NCBI GenBank assembly: GCA_002269645.1 | Contig: NIVC01002190.1 | Coordinates: forward strand, 83,033-147,032 | Length of the DNA: 64,000 bases | Direction: 5' to 3' | DNA from: Macrostomum lignano | Lineage: Eukaryota | Shown: piece after piece, positions 1-10,325 of the stretch | Layout of the letters: the number at the start of each line of letters is the position of its first letter | Position numbering within the stretch: position 1 is the first letter of the stretch | Notes under the pieces: model-generated | What the model saw: only the letters and a program-made list of their open reading frames with translations | What the model was told of the DNA's origin: nothing | The model's database searches: none | Position numbers and translations under genes: made by a program

Positions 1-149
1 GGTGGATTTGGGACGATTCTCTAGGTGGATTTGGGGCGATTCTCCAAGTGGTTTCGGGACGATTCTCCAGGTGGATTTGGGGCGATTCTCCAGGTGGATT
101 TGGGGCGATTCTCCAGGTGGATTTGGGGCGATTCTACAGGTGGATTTGG
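1..149. repeat. 23-bp minisatellite (GGTGGATTTGGGGCGATTCTCCA), runs off window start
   Basis: Tandem copies read directly; the same unit resumes at 5429 and recurs at 8086-8600. Confidence 0.95.
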
Positions 150-255
150 TGTTGAAATTTGCTTCTTTTAATTCAGTATATTTTATCAGTTTGAACAAAA
201 AGAAAAACACAAGATATAAAGTACTAAAAGTACGAGCTATATACTATAAACAACA
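150..255 (-). repeat. Copia 3' LTR (106 bp)
   Basis: Matches 4442-4507 plus 5389-5428 with 2 substitutions; TG...CA ends; purine tract AAGTGGGAG abuts it on the minus strand (256-264). Confidence 0.95.
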
Positions 256-380
256 CTCCCACTTAATTGTCAGAAACTTATCATTGGAAGATTTAAGTTA
301 ATCGCGGTAGATTACTCAGTAGTCTCTGATATTAAAAATGGATGACAATGACATTAGTTACTTCAGTTACTCCAGTTACT

Positions 381-3300
381 TCAATTCATATCCATATACT
401 TAATACCAAGCATTGATCGCAGATTTTCAAACTGATGCCTGGGAATTGGCTTTGTTAGAATGTCCGCCAGCATTTCCTTTGTCGGACAGTATTCCAGTTT
501 CACAGTACCAGCTTGAATAGCATCTCGAATAAAATGATAGCGGATGTCAATATGCTTTGTCCGCTTGTGTCGAATCGGATTTTTTGACATTGCAATGGCT
601 CCTTGATTGTCCAGTGACATTGGCACCCAAATCGCTTACAAGTCGACGAAGCCATATTGCCTCCTGTGTCGCAGAGGCAAGGGCCATATACTCAGCTTCT
701 GTCGTTGACAACGCCACCGTGGTTTGCTTTTGACTTAACCATGTTACTGCTCCACCGGCCATAATGAAGACACTTCCAGTGACTGAGCGTCTGCTATCCA
801 AGTCCGACGCCCAATCAGCGTCTGAGTAGCCAATGATCTCGGTACTTCCAGACTTCTCATATTTCAGAACGACGTCCGATGAGCCTTTCAGGTATCGAAG
901 AATTCTCTTGGCAGCGGTGAGATGAGCGTCAGTTGGTTTGGAATTGAATTTCGATACTGCTCCCACTGCTTGAGCAATGTCTGGCCGTGTAGCGATCGCT
1001 GCGTACAATAGGCTGCCTACAATTGATTGATAGGCCTTTGGATCCACGAATTTGCTGTAGCCATCGTTTTCAACGAGCTTGACGCTTGAATCCATTGGGG
1101 TTGTGGCTGGGTTTGCTTCCAACATTTTAAACTTCTTCAGTAGTTGCATAATGTATTGCTTCTGATGAAGTTGAAGAAATCGTCTCTCTGAGTCAATCAC
1201 TATTGTCACTCCTAAACAGTAATGAAGCTCTCCCATATCTTTCATCTTGAATCGTCGAGTGAATTCCTCCTTGATACTCTGCATTTCATCCATAGTATCA
1301 GTAGCCATCACCCAGTCGTCAACATAAACCGCAATGATTGACATGTTTCCAAGTTTGCGAGCGAACACACATGGGTCTGCTCCACTTTCCTTGAATCCAA
1401 TCGAGATTAGGTAATCACAGAGGGCCTTGTTCCAACACCGGGGTGATTGCTTTAGACCATATAGCGATCTTTTCAGCTTGCAGACTAAATTCTCTTTGTC
1501 GCATTTAACGTATCCGGGTGGTTGATCCATGAAGATTTTTTCTGTTAAATGTCCGTTTAGAAATGCAGTGACCACATCCATTTGATGAATGTGCATTTCT
1601 CGTTGAGTTGCGAATGCCAGTATAGTACGGATTGATGAGAATCTTACCACAGGAGAAAACGTCTCGTCATAATCCACTCCAGGTTGTTGAGAATACCCTT
1701 TGGCAACCAGGCGTCCTTTGAATCGTTCAATGTTTCCGCAGCTGTCATGCTTCACTTTGAATATCCACTTGCAGCCAACAGTCTTTCGTCCTTCTGGAAG
1801 AGAAACTAATTCCCACGTATCATTTTCTATCAGAGAGTTGTATTCCGAGTCTGTTGCTTCTTTTCATTCCTTCGCATTGTCACAACTCCAAGCCTCGTCA
1901 ATCGATCTGGGTTCCAAAATCTCCATGGCTCGAAAAGCACGATGTTGTGGCTCTGTTGTACTTAGGCTAGCTACTTCGAAGTTCTCATTGTATTGAAAAC
2001 GCTCTGGGGTTTTCCTTTGTCGCGTGGTCGTTGGCAGAATTTGTTGGATTTCAGTTTCAATTTCTTCATTCGGAGTTGTTCGGCTGTTGTGCTCGTCGAG
2101 GTTCACTTCCATATGTGAATTTATCTTTTCATTGTTCTGCTGGAAATCATTCAACTTTCCGAAGTCTCCCTCATTGAAGATGACATCGTAACGAACAACT
2201 GTTTTCCTAGTTCTTTCGTCAAACAATCTGTAGCCCTTTTGATTGTCACTGTAGCCAACGAACCTAAGCTTGGTAGTCTTCTTATCAAGTTTTTGTCTCT
2301 CTACTGTAGGAATGTGAGCATAAGCTACACAGCCAAACGTTCGAAGGTGTGAGATGTTTGGCTTTCGTCCACACCATCTTTCGTAGGGTGTCATCATTGG
2401 CGCTACCGAGTTCGTCGGGACTCTGTTGCGGATATACGCGGCTGTGTTGATGGCTTCTGCCCAATAAGCATTGCTAAGACCAGCATGAGTTATCATTGTT
2501 CTAGCAGATTCGATGAGAGTACGGTTCATTCTTTCAGCAACACCGTTCTGATCTGGTGTGTGGGCAACCGAAATTTTGTGTCGAATTCCTTTTGCAAGTA
2601 AAAACGCAGAAAATTCCTTTGACATGTACTCTCCTCCACCATCAGTTCGGAGAACTTTTATTGTTTTTTCAGTCTCATTAGTCACCTGCGCTTGGAATTC
2701 CTTAAACTTCTGGAAGACTTCAGACTTAGTCTTCAGAAAATAGACCTTCACAATGCGAGAGAAGTCATCGATGAAAGTCGCAAAAAATCGATTCCCGCCA
2801 AACGACTGCGTCTGCATTGGTCCACAAATGTCACTGTGCACAAGTTGCAGTACTTCTGATGAGCGAATTTCTCCCACTGATTTGTGATTCTTTCGATGTG
2901 CCTTTCCTTCAACGCACGCTTCACAGAAATTCATATCACTCACAATGGAAGTGTCAGTACCCTCGACGTACCTTTTCTTGAATAGTTGTTCGAGTTGATT
3001 TCTGTGGAGATGTCCTAGACGTTGATGCCACAAATTGGCAGTTTCGAGCTCTGACTTTGTAGTCGTTACTGCAGCTGTAGCTAAGTTGCAATCTACATCA
3101 CACTCAAGTTGGTACAATCGATCAACTAGTGTTCCAAAGCCTACTAGCTTCCTTGTTTGGTTTCGAATCCAGCACCTAGTGTGACCAAACTGAATGACAT
3201 TGTTCTTAAGTGTAGCCGCACGTACACTGAACAGATTGCAGGCTAGTCTAGGTACGAAAAGTACAGATCCAAGTACTGCGTTAGAACGCTCACCACCAGG

Positions 3301-4306
3301 GAGTCTCGTGACGATGTCCACTCGTCCAGTTCCGTAAGCTTGAACTGTTCGCCCGTCTCCGAGCCCTACATTTTCCGGTTCATCGAATTCAGTGTAGTCT
3401 TTTAGAGCATTCCTTTGACAGGTCATATGTCTTGTCGCACCAGAGTCAATTATCCACCGTGCAGTTGTGTCCTGAGGACCAGTTTCTTCAGAGGTAAGAA
3501 ATGTAGCGGCACTATCGGCTATCTCGTTGTCCAGGTTCGGATTCGAATGACTCGTACTTTCTGCGGTTTTAGCTTTATGCAGAGTCGATTTTGAGTTTTG
3601 CTGCCTGTTGCTCACGTTGAACCTGCACTCTCTACTGAAGTGTCCTTCCTTGCCACATGTGCAGCACTTAATTGGTCTGCGTCCCTTAAATTTGTCAACA
3701 CGAAGAGCAGATTCCGAATCACGGGATTCGTATTTCATAGTTTCACTTCGTTTCATTTCTTCATTAAGCAGTGCTTGTTGAACCGTCAGCAAAGTCAGCT
3801 CCTCTTCCTTTCGGGTCTCCAGAGCCGTAACCAGACGACTGTAGCTGTCAGGTAGACTGCTAAGAAGAATCACAACCTGGTCTTCGTCAGACACAGCAGC
3901 ATTAATGGACGCCAGCTTGTCAGTTAACTCCTTCAGACAGCGAAATGTGCTCCTGAACTGGAGTCCCATCAGTCATCTGCAGTCTAAATAGTTTTTTCTT
4001 CAAAAACAACTTGTTGGCAGTCGAGTCACGTTCGAAATGACCACATAAAATTTGCCACATCTGCCTCGGATCATCATCGCATGTAGTCACAAGGTAGATG
4101 TACTCACTGCTGAGAGACAGAACTATCATTGCTGCTGCTCGCTGTTGCTGTTCCTTGAATTCATTGTGTCGTGCTTCATTTGCGTCTTGCTGAAGAACAT
4201 CTTCTCCGGTAGCTATGCCCCAGAGTCTTCTTGCGATTAAGCAATGTTTCATTTGGATTTTCCACGTCATCCAATTGTCCTTCGTGAGCTTCTCTATGTG
4301 CCCCAT
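381..4306 (-). pseudogene. Copia gag-pol polyprotein, disrupted
   Basis: Gag zinc knuckle CCTCGKEGHFSREC, protease IIDSGAT, integrase HHCC/LVHSD/DGGGEY/GVAER, RT QMDVVTAFL and YVDD, RNaseH GYSDADWA and ADILTK. Frameshifts near 3945 and 620; in-frame TGA at 1864-1866 (AKE*KEA, probably Trp). Confidence 0.95.
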
Positions 4307-4427
4307 TTTTCTTCGCTTGCAGCCATAGCAACGTAACTGATCGACCGAGCGATCAAGTTTCCAGATGGCACGAAGAACCAGATTACCAGAATGATCTAGT
4401 ACATCGAAGTACTCGCAGTGGCCTCGG

Positions 4428-4441
4428 CTGGGCCCATAACC
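4428..4441 (-). promoter_or_regulatory. Copia primer-binding site
   Basis: Minus strand reads GGTTATGGGCCCAG immediately after the 5' LTR, the Copia-type PBS complementary to a tRNA-iMet fragment. Confidence 0.88.
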
Positions 4442-4541
4442 TGTTGAAATTTGCTTCTTTTAATTAAGTATATTTTATCAGTTTGAACAAAAAGAAATAC
4501 ACAAGATGAAAAATTGAGCAGTTTGGGGGGCACTTAAAGTA

Positions 4542-5251
4542 TTCCTTTTTACGTTCTATTTGATAAAAACTGCAACCAATTTGGCCACGGCTCAGCCTGA
4601 CGCAGCCGCAGCAATTTTCCATAGACAGCCACCGCTAGCGGCAACCAATTTGGTAAAAACTGCGAGCTATTTTGCCAGCTTGAAGATAGCAGCAGCTCAA
4701 TAGCATAACAATAACGATAAAGAATGTTAACAATACATGCACGAAGTCAGAACATTATGTCCTCAGCATTCAAGCACCGATTGAAGTACGTCTGGGAATG
4801 GTTGATCCAGCGCAGGCACTTGAGAGGCGTGAGAGGCAGTAGGTTGACCTTCGACGAATTGAACAATGGTGTCCACCATAGCCTCCGTCAGCGCCATCCT
4901 CTTCACTCCTCCTTTTGGCAGAGTGCCAACTCTACCAGTTCGTTCATACGTGGTCACGATGTTCCTCACTGTCGGTTTCTTCATCCCCATCATTCTGCCA
5001 AGCTCTCCCCAGTCGTCGCCACTCCTGTACGCTCTCACGATTCGCTCTCGATCCAGCTGACTTATCTTTTGGTACGGCCCACGATTCGCCATCAGAGCAG
5101 CTGCTATCTTCAAGCTGGCAAAATAGCTCGCAGTTTTTACCAAATTGGTTGCCGCTAGCGGTGGCTGTCTATGGAAAATTCTATGCCTATGGTCAGGCTG
5201 AGCCGTGGCCAAATTGGTTGCAGTTTTTATCAAATAGAACGTAAAAAGGTA
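4542..5251 (-). mobile_element. Non-autonomous Tc1/mariner deletion derivative with 157-bp TIRs
   Basis: Inverted arms 4542-4698 and 5095-5251; TA at 4540-4541 and 5252-5253; GCAACCAATTTGG repeated within each arm (IR/DR-like). Confidence 0.9.
4747..5092 (-). pseudogene. Transposase remnant: N-terminal HTH joined to C-terminal tail, DDE core missing
   Basis: MANRGPYQKISQLDRERIVRAY...KPTVRNIVTTYERTG is a Tc1-type HTH; after a GCCTCTCA duplication another frame reads CLRWINHSQTYFNRCLNAEDIMF*. Confidence 0.75.
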
Positions 5252-5428
5252 TATTAGCGTTTTTGCGATATGAACTAACAACCATAGATATATCGGAACG
5301 ATACTGTATTGGATATTTATTGAACTTTCTAGAAAGGGATCCGCACAGCTATTTGCATTAACAATATTATGTATCTGACAATTACTATATAAAGTACTAA
5401 AAGTACGAGCTATATACTATAAACAACA

Positions 5429-5500
5429 TTTGGGGCGATTCTCCAAGTGGTTTGGGGAATCGGGACGATTCGCCATCTGTGGATTTGGAGCGATTTTTAG
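5429..5500. repeat. Continuation of the 23-bp minisatellite split by the Copia insertion
   Basis: TTTGGGGCGATTCTCCAAGTGG followed by degenerate units. Confidence 0.85.
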
Positions 5501-5924
5501 ACGATTCATATCCGACCTCTCCAATTCAATTTTGAACCGCAAGTAGGCCTTTATCTACTTGTAGTAGCATGTGCATAATTAAGGAGTGCAACATCTTTCT
5601 ACTTGTTTTTTTAAAAGTACTTGACTTTATAAATTGAGCTAATCAATTTATTCCTGGAGTCCCCAACCAGAGTGCGTATGTACCCTTGACCAAAGGGCGA
5701 CTCTCAAGCTCCTAATATCCACACACCCTCAATAAGTAGTTAATTAACGAGTCTAATTATCGCGCTACGAGTGTAAAGTTCTATTTCTCAGTGCTCGGAA
5801 AGACTTGATAAAAGTGCTTGTACACAAAAAATTGTTTAGTGCAATTTTCACCTACGATGGCCAACCAAAAGTCGATTGTCGCCCATAAGCCTCCTCCCCG
5901 TGCATACATGTACATCCCTAATGT

Positions 5925-6215
5925 AGGAGCCTGTCACTAGCTGGTCAGAGCGTCGAACTCACGACTGAAAGGTCGGGGGTTCGATTCTCGACCCACTCGG
6001 AACAATTTGTGTCCTTGAGTTTAGACACTTAACTCTGCTTTGCATTGCTTCAGTTCTAAAATGGGTGCCAGCATTAGCTGGGGTAAAATTGGTGTGTGTG
6101 GCGACCCCCCCAGTCCTTGGACTGAACAGCCGTACGCAGCCTTCAGATGCGCCGCGCAATAGCTGCGGCTGAGCCATCGGTTGTCAATAAGGCAGGTGTA
6201 ATCGTTATTTTTATT
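5925..6215 (+). mobile_element. tRNA-derived SINE family A, copy 1
   Basis: A-box-like TAGCTGGTCAGAGC, B-box GGTTCGATTC, central TCCTTGAG..AGACACTTAACTC block; shares long identical stretches with 51173 and 57571. Confidence 0.85.
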
Positions 6216-6518
6216 AATGTACAAAAAATCAATAAAAAGTCTAACAAAAACAACTATTTTATATTTTATTCAAAACAGAAATAAAAAATATAGAAAAGAT
6301 GTGTCAATAAGAAATTCGATCAAACAATTAAATCAGGTAAAAAGTCACTAATACAAAAAATGAATTGAATAAGAAATTTAGCTAAAAAAATTGAAAGCAT
6401 AAATAGATATCAAGAACTGTAGAAAACAAATGCAAATAGCACACCGAGAAGCAACAAAACAGCTGATTGCAATTGTACAGAGCAGTCATCCAATCAAACT
6501 GCAATCAATGTGCCGAAG

Positions 6519-8042
6519 TCAGCAGTCCGGCTCCACAACGATGCAGCAGCTGCCGGCATCGACAGATGAGGCGGGCTCGAACACAGCTGAGCAGAGGCGG
6601 GGCCGGTTGGGCCAGTCGCTAGTCAGGGTCACGTGACGAAGCCGAATAGCCGCGTGGCGACCGAGAAGCTGCTGGAGGCTGGCCAGGGGAGGCTGGCACA
6701 GGCGGGGCAGGTTGGCGGCTGTTTCTGATTGGCTGAGACTGCTGGGACTCGACTGCATCCTGACTAGGATGGTCAGCCAGCACCGGCTGTCATCTGCTCC
6801 TCCGGCGTCCATCGGATCGCACACCTGCTAGTGCAGCGGGCAGCGATGCTGGGCTAATGCTTCTGGGCTAATGGCTGGTGATGCTGGGCTAAAGCTTCTG
6901 GGCTAATGGCTGATGATGCTGGGCTAATGCTTCTGGGCTACTGGCTGATGATGCTGGGCTAATGCTTCTGGGCTACTGGCTCATGATGCTGGGCTAATGC
7001 TTCTGGGCTACTGGCTGATGATGCTGGGCTAATGGCTGGTGATGCTGGGCTAAAGCTTCTGGGCTAATGGCTGATGATGCTGGGCTAATGCTTCTGGGCT
7101 ACTGGCTGATGATGCTGGGCTAATGCTTCTGGGCTACTGGCTGATGATGCTGGGCTAATGGCTGATGATGCTGGGCTAATGCTTCTGAGCTAATGGCTGG
7201 TGATGCTGGGCTAATGGCTAATGCTTCTGGGCCATTAGCCCATAATGGCTGGTGATGCTGGGCTAATGCTTCTGGGCTAATGGCTGGTGATGCTGGGCTA
7301 ATGCTTCTGGGCTAATGGCTGATGATGCTGGGCTAATGCTTCTGGGCTAATGGCTGATGATGCTGGGCTAATGCTTCTGGGCTAATGGCTGATGATGCTG
7401 GGCTAATGGCTGGTGATGCTGGGCTAATGCTTCTGGGCTACTGGCTGATGATGCTGGGCTAATGCTTCTGGGCTACTGGCTGATGATGCTGGGCTAATGG
7501 CTGATGATGCTGGGCTAATGCTTCTGGGCTAATGGCTGATGATGCTGGGCTAATGCTTCTGGGCTAATGGCTGATGATGCTGGGCTAATGGCTGGTGATG
7601 CTGGGCTAATGCTTCTGGGCTAATATAAATAAAACAAAAGCATGACTGGCACCTGAAAAACCAGATGCTGAGAATGTTTCCCATTAGTAGTTGGAGCATC
7701 GCAGCCTGAGCACATAATGAAGTGGCCAAGCACCAGCCCCGGCCAGATTGGATGGCCCAGCTGACTGGCCCAGCCCTTGTCGCCCAAATCCGCATCATGA
7801 ACTCGATAGCTATCAATAGGGTCCATGCAGGCGGCCAGGTGAGTCATAAACCTTGCCCAGCCAACCAGCTTGGCTAGTCGAGCGCACTCAGACCGATGGC
7901 TGGACCAGTGAGCCACCTGGCAGGCGCGGCAGCAATAACTGGCGTTCCGGCAGCGGCCGCACAGCTGACAGTCCCGACTGGCCGAGCAGTTCAGGCAGAT
8001 CTGCGAGCGGTGCCGCAGTTGCTGGGCGGCCGAGTCTGCCAT
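6519..8042 (-). CDS. MYND zinc-finger protein, about 231 aa; exons 8042-7653 and 6824-6519
   Basis: CLNC..CGRC..YCCRACQVAHWSSHRSEC matches the MYND pattern; phase-0 intron 7652-6825 (GT..AG). The true start is uncertain because a possible acceptor lies just after the ATG. Confidence 0.7.
6845..7622. repeat. Intronic minisatellite built from 14- and 21-bp subunits (GATGATGCTGGGCTAATGCTTCTGGGCTAATGGCT)
   Basis: Tandem units fill the MYND intron. Confidence 0.95.
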
Positions 8043-8085
8043 GAAAATTGCAGGAGATGTCAGTCACTCAGTATAAGGCAGTCCC

Positions 8086-8600
8086 CAGGATTTGGGGCGA
8101 TTCTCTAGGTGGATTTGGGGCGATTCTCCAGGTGGATTTGGGGCGATTCTCTAGGTGGATTTGGGGCGATTCTCTAGGTGGATTTGGGGCGATTCTCAGG
8201 TTGGATTTGAGGCGATTATCCAGGTGGATTTGAGCGATTCTCCAGGTGGATTTGAGCGATTCTCCAGGTGGATTTGGGCGATTCTCCAGGTGGATTTGGG
8301 GCGATTCTCCAGGTGGATTTGGGGCGATTCTCCAGGTGGATTTGGGGCGATTCTCCAGGTGGATTTAGGGCGATTCTCTAGGTGGATTTGGGGCGATTCT
8401 CCAGGTGGATTTAAGGCGATTCTCTAGGTGGATTTGGGGCGATTCTCCAGGTGGATTTGGGGCGATTCTCTAGGTGGATTTGGGGCGATTCTCCAGGTAG
8501 ATTTGGGGCGATTCTAAAAGTGGTTTTGGGGCGATTTTCTAGGTGGATTTGGGGCAATTCTCTAGGTGGCTTTGGGGAAATTCCCCAGGTGGTTTTGGGA
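8086..8600. repeat. 23-bp minisatellite, same family as 1-149
   Basis: GGTGGATTTGGGGCGATTCTCCA tandem copies. Confidence 0.95.
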
Positions 8601-8902
8601 CAACTATCCCCCTCCCGCTGAACATCAGAGAAAGAACACAAACAACTGAGACGAACAGTTTCAACAGATGTACAAAACCCCTTTGGAACAGATTTCTTTA
8701 TTTAACCAAATCCACAAGAAGCCGTCACGTTAAAGATCACCCAGTGCTTAGTATTCAGTAGTAACAACAGACTCAAATGGGCTTTGAAATGGACAGAATA
8801 TGCTTATTATAAAAACGGGAGGCGAAACTGCCATGCAACTGAGACGGGTGGTACATGTAGAGACGAAAATTGGAATATGAAGTAATAGCAGAGCAGTTTG
8901 AT

Positions 8903-9840
8903 ACCGGATGTGGGTCATTACACTACTGGATGTGGGCCATCACACTAACCGGATGTGGGCCAGTACATTAACCGGATTTAGGCCATTACATTAACTGGAT
9001 GTTGGTCATTACACCAAACGGATGTTGGTCATTACACTAACCGGATGTGGGTCATTACACTAACCGGATGTGGGTCATTACACTACTAGATGTGGGCCAT
9101 CACACTAACCGGATGTGGGCCAGTACATTAACCGGATTTAGGCCATTACATTAACTGGATGTTGGTCATTACACCAAACGGATGTTGGTCATTACACTAA
9201 CCGTATGTGGGTCATTACACTAACCGGATGTGGGTCATTACACTTACCGGATGTGGGTGATTACACTTACCGGATGTGGGTCATTACACTAAACAGGTGT
9301 GGGTCATTACATTAACTGGATGTGGGTCATCACACTAGCCGGATGTGGGTCATTACACTAGCCGGATGTGGGTCATTACACTAAACAGGTGTGGGTCATT
9401 ACATTAGCTGGATGTGGGTCATTGCACTTACCGGATGTGGGTCATTACACTAAACAGGTGTGGGTCATTACATTAACTGGATGTGGGTCATCACACTAGC
9501 CGGATGTGGGTCATTACACTAGCCGGATGTGGGTCATTACACTAAACAGATGTGGGTCATTACACTAACCGGATGTGGGTCATTACACTAACCGGATGTG
9601 GGTCATTACACTAAACAGGTGTGGGTCATTACATTAACTGGATGTGGGTCATCACACTAGCCGGATGTGGGTCATTACACTAGCCGGATGTGGGTCATTA
9701 CACTAAACAGATGTGGGTCATTACACTAACCGGATGTGGGTCATTACACTAACCGGATGTGGGTCATTACACTAAACAGGTGTGGGTCATTACATTAACT
9801 GGATGTGGGTCATTGCACTTACCGGATGTGGGTCATTACT
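8903..9840. repeat. 23-bp minisatellite (CCGGATGTGGGTCATTACACTAA)
   Basis: Tandem copies with an ~160-bp internal duplication. Confidence 0.95.
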
Positions 9841-10325
9841 CCATAAGGAAACACGAGACAGGCAGACTCAGCAGGAAGGGGCAATACAAAAACAATAGAG
9901 CATGCAGGTATGAGTACACAGAGACACTAGCTGGGGTCGCCCCATCCCACCAAGATAAACGGCGCACATCAGTGTTAAATGCGGCGCCCAGACAGACACG
10001 CAAAAATTTGGTTCGAAGCGATATAATTTGGAGATAACTAATAATTACCAATTAACAGACTAATAGTTAATGAGACACAACAGGAAACAATGTTTCTAAT
10101 CGTTAGTTAATAAATGAACAAGTTCACACATTAACAAGCCCGCTAGCATTAAACAAATAGTCGCATTAAGCACAATATAGATAGAAGAAGTACATTATGT
10201 TACACTAGACGGGTGTGCAAGCGAAACTCGTCCACAATTCAGCTAGACTAAGAAGCTTGCTGGACAATACGAAAACCCGCGCCTCCAAGACGGAACCCCA
10301 CCGGTGCGGACAGCGGCCGCGGATC

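Larger units (their letters stand above)
150..5428 (-). mobile_element. Ty1/Copia LTR retrotransposon, full-length but decayed
   Basis: LTRs TGTTG...CAACA at 150-255 and 4442-5428; 5-bp TSD TTTGG at 145-149 and 5429-5433; order gag-PR-IN-RT-RH; PBS and PPT present. Confidence 0.97.
4442..5428 (-). repeat. Copia 5' LTR interrupted by an ~880-bp insertion (4508-5388)
   Basis: LTR sequence breaks after ACAAGAT (4507) and resumes at ATAAAG (5389). Confidence 0.92.

Noticed and set aside
3920-3969. Programmed gag-pol frameshift
   Set aside because: Copia normally has one ORF and this break falls inside gag; a 1-bp indel explains it
5925-6000. Possible tRNA genes at SINE heads (also 20344, 51173, 56053, 57852)
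   Set aside because: No complete cloverleaf; they continue into shared SINE bodies
6845-7622. Repeated CTGATGA as hammerhead cores
   Set aside because: No GAAA partner or stems in the unit
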